Positions 1-10,921 of a stretch of DNA of 64,000 bases are shown in pieces. The notes under the pieces are model-generated. The model was not told the DNA's origin. It saw only the letters and a program-made list of their open reading frames with translations, and ran no database searches. The DNA lies in contig CAWBXR010000011.1 in the NCBI GenBank assembly GCA_963792815.1, positions 138,036-202,035 of the forward strand, in the 5' to 3' direction. The number at the start of each line of letters is the position of its first letter. Position 1 is the first letter of the stretch. This DNA comes from an uncultured Gammaproteobacteria bacterium. GTDB lineage: Bacteria; Pseudomonadota; Gammaproteobacteria; Pseudomonadales; Halieaceae. The position numbers and the translations under genes are program-made.

Positions 1-1008
1 CGCCAGCGGTTTTCGCCGGCCAATCACTTTTTCGAACACGCCCGCTGGCGGGCCTGGCTGGCGTACCGGGGCGGCGTCGTGGTGGGCCGCATCACTGCCC
101 AGATCGATGAAATGCACCTGCGCCAGCATGCCGATGGGGCAGGCTATTTCGGCATGCTCGAAGCGGAGGATGACCCCGCCGTGTTTGCCGCACTGCTGGA
201 GGCGGCCGCGCAATGGCTGCGCAGCGAGGGTATGCAGCGGGTACGCGGACCCCTGAATCTCCACATCAACGAAGAGGTGGGACTGCTGGTAGACGGCTTC
301 TCGACCCCGCCCTTCGTGTTGATGGGCCATGCTCGCCCCTACTATGGCGCCGGCATCGAAGGGCAGGGCTACCGCGGGGTGAAGGATTTGCTGGCCTACC
401 ATATCCGCCCCGACTTCGAGCCGCCGCGGGTGATGAACAAGCTGGCTGAGCGCGTGTCGGACCGGGTGAAAGTGCGGGCTGTGCGCCGCAAGCACCTGGG
501 GGAGGACGCGCAGATCATGCTCGGTATTTTCAACGATGCCTGGGAGAAAAACTGGGGTTTTGTGCCGCTGGTGGCCTCCGAGTGGGAGGAGACTGTGCGC
601 ACCCTGGCAAAGCTGATGCCGGACGATTACATCCAGATCGCCGAGTACGACGGTGAACCGGTGGCGTTTATAGTGGCACTGCCCAATCTCAACGAGGCCA
701 CGGCGGACCTGAAAGGAAAATTGCTGCCGTTTGGCTGGGCCAAACTGCTGTGGCGGCTCAAGGTGCGCCACCCCCGGACCGCCCGCATACCGCTTATGGG
801 GGTGCGCCAGAGCTTCCAGCATTCGCGCCTGGGGCCTACCCTTGCGTTCATGGTGATAGACGCCGTACGCAAGGCGATGCATGCCCGCGGCGTGAAAAAT
901 GTCGAGATGGGCTGGATCCTCGAGGATAACGATGGCATGCGCAATATCATTGAAACTATCGGTGGGCAGGCGTATAAGCGCTACCGCGTATACGAAAAAG
1001 AGCTTTAG
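1..1008 (+). CDS. GNAT-fold acyltransferase-like protein (5' end cut by window edge)
   Basis: Frame 1 is open from nt 1 (RQRFSPANHFFEHARWRAWLAYRGGVVVGRITAQID...) and runs into ORF 79..1008. The ORF is long and coherent. It resembles the ~380-aa GNAT-like family often mis-annotated as dATP pyrophosphohydrolase (recognised from memory, no search). Confidence 0.6.
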   Translation, partial: RQRFSPANHFFEHARWRAWLAYRGGVVVGRITAQIDEMHLRQHADGAGYFGMLEAEDDPAVFAALLEAAAQWLRSEGMQRVRGPLNLHINEEVGLLVDGFSTPPFVLMGHARPYYGAGIEGQGYRGVKDLLAYHIRPDFEPPRVMNKLAERVSDRVKVRAVRRKHLGEDAQIMLGIFNDAWEKNWGFVPLVASEWEETVRTLAKLMPDDYIQIAEYDGEPVAFIVALPNLNEATADLKGKLLPFGWAKLLWRLKVRHPRTARIPLMGVRQSFQHSRLGPTLAFMVIDAVRKAMHARGVKNVEMGWILEDNDGMRNIIETIGGQAYKRYRVYEKEL

Positions 1009-1018
1009 AAGGGACATC

Positions 1019-1837
1019 ATGCATCTCAATCCCGAACAGCACCAACTGACGGCAATCGTCCTGGCGGGAGACCGTACCAAGGCTGATTCACTTATCAATC
1101 ACTCCAAGGTCGGCAGCAAGGCGATGATCGATATCGATGGCCTGCCGATGGTGCGCCGGGTCCTGAACGCCCTGCGCCTGTCGCGGGTGGTCAACAAGAT
1201 TGCCCTGTCCGGGCCCGAGGCCAGCGAGGTATCCAAGGACGAACAACTGGCACAATGGGTCGAGGCGGGAGAGGTTGAGTGGAGTGAGCCGGGCGCCAGC
1301 CCCAGCACCAGCGCCTACCAGGCCATGCAGGCGCTGGGTCCGGAAGAGGCGGTTCTGCTGACTACCGCGGATCACCCCCTGCTCACCGCCGAGATTGTCG
1401 ATGCCTTTGGTCGCCAGAGCCTTGCGGATGATGTCGACGTCGTGGTCGGCCTGGCGCCGCACGCCCTGGTGCTGGAGGCTTACCCCGGTATCAAGAAGAC
1501 CGTACTGCGCTTCAGTGACGGCGATTTTTGTGGCTGTAACCTGTTTGCCTTCATCACCCCCGAGGGTCGCCGGGCGGCTCGCTTCTGGCGTCGCATCGAG
1601 CAGCAGCGGAAAAAGCCGCTGGTGGTGATAGGCCTGTTGGGCTGGTGGACGGTCATCCGCTACCGCATGGGGCTGCTGTCACTGGAAGAGGCCCTGGCCA
1701 AGCTGAGCAAGCGCCTGGGCCTGCGGATAAGGGCGGTGATTTTACCCTACGCCAATGCCGCTATCGACGTGGATTCGGTGGCGGACCTGATGCTGGTCAA
1801 GGGCTCCCTCGCCAAAGCCGCCGCGGAAAACGCCTGA
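1019..1837 (+). CDS. MobA-like nucleotidyltransferase (NTP_transf_3 type)
   Basis: An in-frame ATG at 1019 inside ORF 899..1837 lies 10 nt after the upstream stop. The N-terminus TAIVLAGDRTKADSL...GSKAMIDIDGLPMV looks like the LAG-type nucleotide-binding loop of MobA/GlmU-like enzymes. Confidence 0.6.
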   Translation: MHLNPEQHQLTAIVLAGDRTKADSLINHSKVGSKAMIDIDGLPMVRRVLNALRLSRVVNKIALSGPEASEVSKDEQLAQWVEAGEVEWSEPGASPSTSAYQAMQALGPEEAVLLTTADHPLLTAEIVDAFGRQSLADDVDVVVGLAPHALVLEAYPGIKKTVLRFSDGDFCGCNLFAFITPEGRRAARFWRRIEQQRKKPLVVIGLLGWWTVIRYRMGLLSLEEALAKLSKRLGLRIRAVILPYANAAIDVDSVADLMLVKGSLAKAAAENA

Positions 1838-1916
1838 TAGCGCCCAGCCCGCGGCAGGGATACGGTCGAACAAATACCCGGTAAAGCGGGGGCAGGCCCT
1901 TCGACCCTGCAGAATA

Positions 1917-2846
1917 TCAACGCGGCGGATATTCCCGCGCCAGCTGCACCTCCCTGGTCTCGCCAGCGCTGAATTCGCCGCTCTCCGGCCGGTAATCCCG
2001 CGCCTGGATCGCCAGCTGCCAGCCCTTGTCATTGCGCTGCACCGAGTAGCAGTTGTAGCTCGCCGGATTGCCGTGCTGCAGTCCCAGCGCCGAGGCGGAC
2101 GGCACGGCGATGACCGGCACGCTGCCGTGGGTGGTGTCCAGCTCGTCGTAATGGGCCCGGTGGCCGTGGCCGTTGAGTACCAGCTCGGCGCCGTGGCGGC
2201 TGATAATGGCCTGCACTTCCGCCGCATCCGTCAGCCGTTTGCGCCACTTCTCCCTGCCTGGCAGGGGCGAGTGGTGCAGGTAGACAACCCGGAACTGGCC
2301 CCTGGCGTGGGCGGCGTCAAGCAGTGCCGGCAGGCGGGCCAGTTGTTCGGGGCCCGCCGTCCCGGTAGCCATGAAAGGCGGTTTGGGACAGGCCGTGTTC
2401 AGGCCGATGAAGGCGATGTCCCCCCGGGTCCGCAGGCTGGGGTACAGTGCCGCAAGGCTGTCCTGGGGGCCGGCTGGTGCATCCGATGCCATGTAGTCCA
2501 GCCAGAGCGCGAAGGTGTCCCGCCAGGGGCTCGGTACTGAGGCGTCGTGGTTGCCCGCAATGACGGCCACGTGGTCGGGTGCGCCGAGGTTTTCCAGCCA
2601 CGTCAGGGCCTGGCGGAATTCCTGGGGCAGGCCCACGTGGGTCAGGTCGCCGGTGACCAGTACCTGGTCGAGCTCGAACTGGTCCAGGTCCTGCTGCAGG
2701 GCGGCCAGCACCTCCGGGCGGTGTTCAAAGCGCCGCCGCCGGCGCCACGACAGGTACCCCAGGGCGCGCTTGGACAGCAGCTCGCCGGGACGCACGCCTT
2801 CGAGCGAACTCAGGTGGGGGTCGGAAATCTGGGCAAAGTGCTGCAT
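1917..2846 (-). CDS. calcineurin-like metallophosphoesterase
   Basis: 309-aa ORF with the motifs ISDPHL (DxH), VTGDLTHVG (GD) and IAGNHD (GNHD). It starts 20 nt downstream of the murA-like stop on the same strand. Confidence 0.8.
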   Translation of the reverse strand: MQHFAQISDPHLSSLEGVRPGELLSKRALGYLSWRRRRRFEHRPEVLAALQQDLDQFELDQVLVTGDLTHVGLPQEFRQALTWLENLGAPDHVAVIAGNHDASVPSPWRDTFALWLDYMASDAPAGPQDSLAALYPSLRTRGDIAFIGLNTACPKPPFMATGTAGPEQLARLPALLDAAHARGQFRVVYLHHSPLPGREKWRKRLTDAAEVQAIISRHGAELVLNGHGHRAHYDELDTTHGSVPVIAVPSASALGLQHGNPASYNCYSVQRNDKGWQLAIQARDYRPESGEFSAGETREVQLAREYPPR

Positions 2847-2866
2847 GGGGCTCCTCCGGGCGGGAT

Positions 2867-4117
<1,251 letters not shown>

Positions 4118-4118
<1 letters not shown>

Positions 4119-5320
4119 CAGGCGGCCCTGGCCGGCTCGAACAGGCCCGCCTCCTTGAGGCCTGCATAGGCGCTGATAATCCTGTCGATCTGCTCACTGC
4201 TGTGGGCCGCGCTGACACTGTTGCGCAGCAGGAAGTTGGTCGAGGGCGAGGCCGGCGGAATCACCAGGTTGACGTAGACCCCGGCCTCCATCAGCGCCTT
4301 CCAGCAGTCGATGGTGCGGGAGCGATCCACCATTTCCACTGCCACTACCGGGCTGGCGGTGGGGCCTACCGGCAGGTCCAGCGCTTTCAGCCCCTGGTAA
4401 AGCCGGTTGGCGTTATCCCAGACCCGCTGGCGACGCTCGGGCTCCGCGCGGATGATGCGCAGGGCCTCGCGGGTGGAGGCGATCACCGAGGGTGAAGATG
4501 ACGCGGTGAAAATATAGGCCTTGATGCAGAAGCGGATAGCTTCCAGTTCGCTGTGGGGGCTGACACAGAAGCCGCCGATGGAGCCAAGGCTCTTGCTGAA
4601 AGTGCCAACGGTGAAATCCACATCGGCCTCAACCCCAGCGGCCTGCGCGGCGCCGCGACCCGAGTCGCCCAGCACGCCCATGGAGTGAGCCTCGTCCACC
4701 AGCAGGTAGCCGCCGTATTCACGTTTGACCGCGGCGATTTCCTGCAGCGGAGCGACATCGCCCAGCATGGAGTAAATGCCTTCCGCGATGATCAGTGCCT
4801 GGCCCGCACGGTCCCCGAGGCGGCGCATCCGCTTGGCCAGGTCGTCCGGGTCGTTGTGCTTGTAGCGGATGATGTCGGCCTCGCTGAGCTTGACCCCGGA
4901 GTAGATGCTGGCGTGACTGTCCGCGTCCAGCAGTATGACGTCCCCCGGCCCCGCCAGGGTGGCGCACATTCCCATGGTCGCGGCGTAGCCGGTGGAGAAA
5001 ACGATGGCGTTGCTCACGCCGTAAAAGTCCGCTATTTCCCGCTCCAGTGCCTGGTGCTCCGCGAATGAGCCATTGGCCAGGCGCGAACCGGTAGTGCCGG
5101 TGCCCCATTTGGCTGCTGCCTGTTGGGAGGCGGCGATACAGCGCGGGTCGAATGACAGGCCCATGTAGTTGTTGGTACCGGCGAGGATGACCTTGTGGCC
5201 TTCTACCACCCCCTCGGTCGCGGACAGCAGTTGCTCGGTGACGGCACCGAAGGGGACCACTCCGCGTTCGGCGAGTTCGGCCTGAAAGTCGGCCATAGTC
5301 TGGAATTTGTCAAACAGCAT
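4118..5320 (-). CDS. PLP-dependent alpha-oxoamine synthase (Spt/BioF/Kbl family; serine-palmitoyltransferase-like)
   Basis: 400-aa ORF with GTNNYMGLS, LVDEAHSMGVLG and GTFSKSLGSIGGF (Schiff-base Lys context), all typical of the AOS family. Its stop overlaps the murA-like start (TGATG on the minus strand, 4116..4120). A small ACP gene lies directly upstream. Confidence 0.85.
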
Positions 5321-5459
5321 GGGGAATCCCTGTTGTACTGATGAAATCTGGCCGGTAAGCCTAGTCTACAAACGTCGCAATCTCAGTGCCGGATTACCCG
5401 TGTGAGATGGTACTTTTACGCACTGGAAATCCCGCGAAGCGGATACCGGTACCCTGATT

Positions 5460-5702
5460 TCAGGGGTTGAGTTCCTGGACCTTTACCGCCAGTTCACCGA
5501 TGGTGTTTACGTCGGGCAGGATGTTGAGGGGAATCGAGATGTCGAAGTGATCCTCGATCTTCTCGATGAATTCCATGACCTCCAGGGAACTGAGACCGAT
5601 ATCGGCCACCAGGTGGGTTGATTCCGTCAGTTCAATATTCTTCTTATTTTGTGTTGCGAGAGCGCTGTACAGGAAACCCAGGTATTCTTGGTAATCGGTC
5701 AT
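5460..5702 (-). CDS. acyl carrier protein
   Basis: 80-aa acidic ORF with a DIGLSSLEVMEF phosphopantetheine-attachment Ser motif. It is the first gene of the minus-strand operon. Confidence 0.8.
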   Translation of the reverse strand: MTDYQEYLGFLYSALATQNKKNIELTESTHLVADIGLSSLEVMEFIEKIEDHFDISIPLNILPDVNTIGELAVKVQELNP

Positions 5703-5773
5703 TTCGTCTCTACCCTTGCGCCACCCAAGGTAAGTCGCTAGATTTCGAAGGCTGGAACTATACCCATGGAAGA

Positions 5774-6844
5774 ATGGTAATGCCAGTCATTTGGTTGATC
5801 GACGCCTACCGGGCAGGGGAGCAGGGCCAGGTTCGAGCCCTGGTTGATGCCCTCGGCTGGCCTTGCGAAACCAAGCGGCTGACTTACCGCAAACATGTGG
5901 TCCTGCCCCATGTGCTGGGGCTGACGAGCGTGCGTGGAATCAGCACCGAGTCGGTGGCCATGCTGGAGCCGCCCTGGCCGGACCTGGTCATCTCCAGCGG
6001 GGTTCGCAATGAGCCTGTGTGCCGCTGGATTCGCGCACAATCCGGCGGCCATACCCGCTATGTGCACGTTGGTCGACCCTGGGGCCCGCTGGCATCTTTC
6101 GACCTGGTCATCACCACACCCCAGTACAGGGTGCCCCGCCACCCCAACGTGCTGAACAATCTTTTGACCCTGCACAGCGCGACCCCGCAGCGCCTCGCCG
6201 CTGCCCGGGACCAGTGGAGCCCCGCCTTCGCGCATCTGCCGCGGCCCTATATCACCGTTGTCGCCGGTGGCGACAGCGGCCCGTTTACCCTGGGTCCGCT
6301 GGCCGCGAGCCGGCTCGCGCAGCAGGCCTCGGTGCTCGCTCGACAAAGTGGTGGTTCGCTGCTGGTCTCCACCAGTTCGCGCACCAGCGACGAGGCTATC
6401 GCCGCCCTGCAGGCCGGTATCGATGTGCCCAATTACTTTTATCGCTGGCAGCCCTCCGACCCGAAAAACCCCTATTTCGGCATGCTGGCCCTGGCGGACA
6501 GGCTGGTGGTCACCGGCGACAGTATCGCCATGTTGTCCGAAGCCTGCTCCACCGGTCGGCCGGTGCAGATCTTCGACCTGGGGGGAATGCGTGGCGAAAG
6601 CTCTGTTGCCGTTGATTTTCGCATGACTGCCACGCTGTACGCCGGCCTGATGCGCTGGTGCTGGCAGCGCCTGAGTCGCGACATCACCCTGGTACACCGG
6701 GAATTGCGCGCAACCGGCAGGGCATTCTGGATGGATGAGGAGTCAGGCGCCGCAGTGCTGCCGGGGGAGTCAGATATGGACCGGGCCGTGGCGGCGGTGC
6801 AGGGGCTGGTGCCAGCGGACCACCCGACCACGCAAGCTACTTAG
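5774..6844 (+). CDS. ELM1-like (PF06258/COG3660-type) putative GT-B-fold protein, paralog 1
   Basis: ATG at 5774 preceded by GGAAGA, chosen inside ORF 5618..6844. It shares PWPDLVISSG, QSGGHTR and VVTGDSIAML blocks with the ORFs at 11847 and 17141. Confidence 0.7.
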   Translation: MVMPVIWLIDAYRAGEQGQVRALVDALGWPCETKRLTYRKHVVLPHVLGLTSVRGISTESVAMLEPPWPDLVISSGVRNEPVCRWIRAQSGGHTRYVHVGRPWGPLASFDLVITTPQYRVPRHPNVLNNLLTLHSATPQRLAAARDQWSPAFAHLPRPYITVVAGGDSGPFTLGPLAASRLAQQASVLARQSGGSLLVSTSSRTSDEAIAALQAGIDVPNYFYRWQPSDPKNPYFGMLALADRLVVTGDSIAMLSEACSTGRPVQIFDLGGMRGESSVAVDFRMTATLYAGLMRWCWQRLSRDITLVHRELRATGRAFWMDEESGAAVLPGESDMDRAVAAVQGLVPADHPTTQAT

Positions 6845-8582
6845 CCAGCCCGGCCCTGGCAGTATCATCGAGCAGTTGGGCGGTCCCTGCCGACATCTGG
6901 TACACGTAATCCGCCGCCTGCACCAGCGCCCGGTTGTGGGAAATTGCCAGAATCGTCAGCCGTCCCTTGAGGTCTTCCATGGTCTGGCGCACCACCTCCT
7001 CGCTCTCCGGGTCGAGGGCGCTGGTGGCCTCGTCGAGGATCAGCAGTCGCGGCTTGTTGATGAGCGCCCGGGCGATCACGATGCGCTGGCGCTGGCCGCC
7101 GGACAGCTTGCCGCCGCGTTCGCCCACGATGGTGTCCAGCCCGGCGGGGAGGCGGTTGACGAAATCCCAGGCGCCGGCGGCGCGCAGGGCCTCCTCTGCG
7201 GCCGCCAGGTCCAGGTTCGGGTCTCCCAGGGTCACGTTGTGAAGAATGCTGTCGTGCAGCAGTAGCGTGTCCTGGGGTACATAGCCGATCATGCTGCGCC
7301 ACTGCTTGATATTGATCTCGCGCAGGGATACGCCATCGAGCAGCACAGTGCCCTCCTGGGGCTGCAGCAGCGCTATCGACAGGTCGATAATGGTGGTCTT
7401 GCCGGAGCCGGATGGCCCCACCAGCGTGGTCAGCGCCCCCGCCTTGATATCCAGGCACAGGCCGTTGAACACCGGGTGATGCTCATCATAGCCAAAGACT
7501 ACATCCCTGAATTGCAGGCCCTGCTCGAAGTGCGGCGCGATGCCGCCGTCGACGTGCTCCTCCGCCTGGGCGGCGGCATCGATGGAGGCCATCAGTGACC
7601 AGTAGGCGCTTTCGCCCTGGGCCAGCTTCTGGTGCTGTTTCTGGACTTTGCCGAAGAAGGAAAAGGCCCGTCCCAGGGCCACCACCAGGACCATCACCAT
7701 GGCCAGGTCGATGTCGAACTTCTCGATCGCCACCCAGACTCCCAGGCAGATAAAGCCGGTAAACATGAGCTCCTGGGCAGAATCCAGGACCGCGCCGTAC
7801 AGCACCTGGCGGCGCAACGCGCGGTTCAGCTGATTGGTGTCATGGGCCAGCACCTGGTCAGCCAGGTGTTCCCGCGACATGGCCTTGAGGGGCTTCACCG
7901 ATTGCAGGGTGTCCGTCAGGTTCGCCATCAACGAGGACATCAGTCGGGTCTGTCGTTTGCCGGCCTTGCGGGTAAGTCGCACCAGGAAGTGTGACAGCCC
8001 TATCACCACCACCCCTGCGACAATGGCGGCCAGTGAGGCGCGCCAGGAGATGGCGAAGGCCACTGCCCCGTAGACCAGTGCCTGGATCAGGAAGGTGATA
8101 GCGGTGGCGCCGTTGACGAAAGCGGCAGATGAGCGCTGTGCCTCGGTGGCCAGTGCGTTGGTGAGCTTGCCGACCGGCTGGTGCAGGAAGTACTCCCACT
8201 TGCTGCGCAGTACCGCCCGCAGCATCTGCAGGCGCAGGTCGGTGCCGACCTGCGCCGCGGTATACCCCACCTGGCGCTGGGCCAGCAGCAGGAAGGCGCT
8301 TTTCAGGGTCACGCCGAACAGCATGATGCCCAGCATATTGCCGAGTGTGGGCGCGATCCCCACGTAGGCCAGCGCATCGAGCACCGACTGCTCGAATGCG
8401 TTGTCGCTGGCGGGGACGGCGCCGGACAGCATCTCGGTGGCCTCGGAGCCCAGGGCGATATTGACCATGGGCAGCAGCGCCGACAGGCCGATGCCCTCGG
8501 CTACACCCGAAAGCAGCAGGGCCAGCAGCATCAACGTCGTCTGCGACGGGTATGCGCGAAAGAAATTGAGCATCAGGCCCAT
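6837..8582 (-). CDS. ABC exporter, fused permease/ATPase (MsbA-like)
   Basis: 581 aa. The N-terminal half is multi-TM. The C-terminal half has Walker A GPSGSGKTT, signature LSGGQRQR and Walker B LLILDEATSALD. Last gene of the lptF-lptG operon. Its 3' end overlaps the convergent ELM1-like gene by 8 nt. Confidence 0.85.
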   Translation of the reverse strand: MGLMLNFFRAYPSQTTLMLLALLLSGVAEGIGLSALLPMVNIALGSEATEMLSGAVPASDNAFEQSVLDALAYVGIAPTLGNMLGIMLFGVTLKSAFLLLAQRQVGYTAAQVGTDLRLQMLRAVLRSKWEYFLHQPVGKLTNALATEAQRSSAAFVNGATAITFLIQALVYGAVAFAISWRASLAAIVAGVVVIGLSHFLVRLTRKAGKRQTRLMSSLMANLTDTLQSVKPLKAMSREHLADQVLAHDTNQLNRALRRQVLYGAVLDSAQELMFTGFICLGVWVAIEKFDIDLAMVMVLVVALGRAFSFFGKVQKQHQKLAQGESAYWSLMASIDAAAQAEEHVDGGIAPHFEQGLQFRDVVFGYDEHHPVFNGLCLDIKAGALTTLVGPSGSGKTTIIDLSIALLQPQEGTVLLDGVSLREINIKQWRSMIGYVPQDTLLLHDSILHNVTLGDPNLDLAAAEEALRAAGAWDFVNRLPAGLDTIVGERGGKLSGGQRQRIVIARALINKPRLLILDEATSALDPESEEVVRQTMEDLKGRLTILAISHNRALVQAADYVYQMSAGTAQLLDDTARAGLAK

Positions 8583-8653
8583 GTCAGGAGGCTCCGTTCG
8601 TGGGCTGGAATGCCAGGCGGGTAGCGTTTGCGAGAGCGTGGTTCACCGGACAA

Positions 8654-9724
8654 TCACCAGTGCATTCGCCGCAACATGATCGCCGCAAAGATGATAATCA
8701 CCAGTGTGGGCGCCAGGGCGACCAGCGGTATGTTCAGGTTCATCAGTTGCCCGAGGGCAAATACGATCTGTGTCCCCAGGTAGAACAGGATGCCTACCAG
8801 TGCGCCCAGGGCGATGTCCAGGCCGAAGCTGCGATCACGCCGGGCGCCGAGGTTGGCGCTGATGGGGGTGGCCAGCAGAACCATAGCGCCGACGGTCAGT
8901 GGCATCAGCAGTTTCTGCCAGAACATACTGAGGTACTTTTCATTCGGCTGGCCGTTGTCGGCGCGGTACTGGCTGTAACGTCGCAGCACCGAGAGCCGCA
9001 TGCTGTCGCTGTCCAGCGTCAGCGTCGGCAGCTCGTCCGGGGACCACAGGTTGGTGATTTGCAGTTCCCGGTGGCGGCGGTTGACCAGGGTTCCATCCAC
9101 CAGCAGTTTCTCCCGCACCTTCTGGAACAACCAGGTGCGGTCCTTGCTGACCTTCGCGGTCTCCGCATGCAGGGCGCGCGTGAGTTGTCCGGAATCATCG
9201 AACTCGAACAGGTCGATATCCCCGGGTACGCCGTCCTTGTACATTTTTTCGAGGTGAATATAGCGGTTGCCATTTTTCGACCAGACGCCGCCATCGGGGA
9301 TCCTCACCTGGTTGCGGTAGCGCAGGGCGTGCCGCTCCGCCTCCGCGGACTGTTGCAGGGGGGGCGTGACATATTCCATGCACAGCCACAGCACTGCCAT
9401 CATCATGGCGGTGGGCAGGGCGATGGCCCGCATCAGGCGGGCCCGGGACATGCCACTGCAACTCATGATGGTGAGCTCGTTGGAGCGGTCGAGGCTGGCC
9501 AGCGCCACGATGCTGCCCAGCAGGGCGATGACCGGGGACAGGCTCACCAGCTGATGGGGCAGGACAAGCAGGGTGTAGCGCCCCACCGCCAGGGCGTTGT
9601 ATTCGAAGCGGGTATGGTCCAGTTCCTGGACAAAGCCAATCAGGCCGAACACCGCGCCCAGCACCATCAGCACCAGCAGCCACCCCTTGACCAGGTTCGT
9701 CGCAATATAACGCTCGAGTATCAT
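8654..9724 (-). CDS. lptG: LPS export permease LptG (YjgP/YjgQ family)
   Basis: Start taken at the internal ATG 9724 (MILERYIATNLVKGWLLVLMVLG...), which overlaps the lptF stop as ATGA. Membrane profile and N-terminus are typical of LptG. The upstream part of ORF 8654..9985 is antisense-like filler. Confidence 0.8.
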   Translation of the reverse strand: MILERYIATNLVKGWLLVLMVLGAVFGLIGFVQELDHTRFEYNALAVGRYTLLVLPHQLVSLSPVIALLGSIVALASLDRSNELTIMSCSGMSRARLMRAIALPTAMMMAVLWLCMEYVTPPLQQSAEAERHALRYRNQVRIPDGGVWSKNGNRYIHLEKMYKDGVPGDIDLFEFDDSGQLTRALHAETAKVSKDRTWLFQKVREKLLVDGTLVNRRHRELQITNLWSPDELPTLTLDSDSMRLSVLRRYSQYRADNGQPNEKYLSMFWQKLLMPLTVGAMVLLATPISANLGARRDRSFGLDIALGALVGILFYLGTQIVFALGQLMNLNIPLVALAPTLVIIIFAAIMLRRMHW

Positions 9725-10821
9725 CGCCTTCTCATCCACGGCTGCCTGACCAGCACCACCAGCAAAATCAACTGGAAGACATAGGCGCCCCACAGTCCGG
9801 GCAGCTCCCCTATCCGGCCCTGTTCGATACCCGTGCGTACCACGCTGGTCATGGTAAACAGGGCGATGTAAATGCCCACGGCTATCAACACGTTGCGCAT
9901 GCGGGATTCCCTTGGCGCGGACCGGGCCAGGGGCACCGCCATGAGCGCCAGCAGCACCGTGGCAATAGGGGTGGTGACCCGCCACTGGAACTCGGCTATA
10001 TCCTTGGGCTGGTCCGACTGGGACAGGTTGAGGGTGGTCTCCGCCTTGCGCCGGTACTGTTCCTGGGCTTCCTGGTTGTCCATCCGGACGATCAGGTTGT
10101 CGAATTTCAGGGTCAGGTCCTGGCGGTTTTCCAGGTCCAGGAGGTAGTTGTAGCCATTGAAAAACTCGGCCTGCATGGCGTGGCCGGGGTTGAGTACCGG
10201 CAACTCCGCCGCCTCCGCAATGATGATCTCCGAGCGCTTTTGCTCATCGTAATCCTTTTGCAGGAACACGCCCTCGTGGCGGCCCCGATCGAGGTCGAGG
10301 TCATTGGCGATAAATATGTAGTCGCTGCCGCTCATGTTGACGAATTCGCCGGTGGCCATTTTCTTGAGGTCGAACTTGGCTGCGGCCCTGGATTCCAGGT
10401 CATAGCTGGTGCGGAAGGCCCAGGGTCGCCCCAGGATCGATATGGCGCCGGTTACCAGCGCTACGACCAGGGCCAGCTTCAGCACTGCCTCGATAATCCG
10501 CGCCCGGCTGACGCCCGCTGCATACAGCGCGCTCATCTCCGAGTCGCGATACAGCCTGCCGATGGCCGCCAGCACTGAAAAGAAGAACGCCGATGGCATC
10601 AGGATCTCCAGCGTCACCAGTGTGTTCAGGCCAACCAGCTTGAATGCCGTGGTCATTTCGAGCTGGCCGGCCGCGGCTGCCGACAGCTGCTTTGCCGCGG
10701 AGAAACCGATGAATACGAGGATCAGCAGGCCGAGTCCCATCACGAAAGGGCGCAGGATTTCCAGGCTGATGTGGCGGTCGATGATCAAGCGGGTTGAGGT
10801 CCTTTGAGAGCTGCGGGGCAT
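9721..10821 (-). CDS. lptF: LPS export permease LptF (YjgP/YjgQ family)
   Basis: ORF 9721..11100 trimmed to ATG 10821. An alternative TTG at 10788 has an AAGGA Shine-Dalgarno 11 nt upstream. LIIDRHISLEILRPFVMGLGLLILVF is typical of an LptF N-terminus. Confidence 0.75.
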   Translation of the reverse strand: MPRSSQRTSTRLIIDRHISLEILRPFVMGLGLLILVFIGFSAAKQLSAAAAGQLEMTTAFKLVGLNTLVTLEILMPSAFFFSVLAAIGRLYRDSEMSALYAAGVSRARIIEAVLKLALVVALVTGAISILGRPWAFRTSYDLESRAAAKFDLKKMATGEFVNMSGSDYIFIANDLDLDRGRHEGVFLQKDYDEQKRSEIIIAEAAELPVLNPGHAMQAEFFNGYNYLLDLENRQDLTLKFDNLIVRMDNQEAQEQYRRKAETTLNLSQSDQPKDIAEFQWRVTTPIATVLLALMAVPLARSAPRESRMRNVLIAVGIYIALFTMTSVVRTGIEQGRIGELPGLWGAYVFQLILLVVLVRQPWMRRR

Positions 10822-10921
10822 TGTACCCCAAGCGGCGGCCGTCTGGTCATTTTGGCTGCCTTGCCCCATAATTGCACGCTTTGCGCAAGCCTCCCCACAT
10901 ACTGCCCGTGAGTACCCCCAC

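Noticed and set aside
5738-6697. Long antisense ORFs opposite real genes (e.g. 5738..6697-, 8600..9784+, 18249..19259+, 24147..25112-, 25263..26054-, 33639..34955+, 38409..39767-, 45543..46643-, 58126..59220-, 60054..60935-)
   Set aside because: Each lies fully inside a gene on the other strand that has clear family motifs. Their translations are compositionally biased (R, G, A, P, Q, H) and motif-free.
5774-6844. Taking the family name 'mitochondrial fission ELM1' literally (a division or fission role)
   Set aside because: The name derives from a plant protein. The bacterial genes here sit among glycosyl- and sulfotransferases, so a transferase-like role is the more reasonable reading, and even that is unproven.
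8654-10821. Stating that lptF/lptG here are a second, dedicated copy
   Set aside because: This cannot be established from a single window. They may be the only, housekeeping copies. The point is kept as a hypothesis in the findings, not as a feature call.
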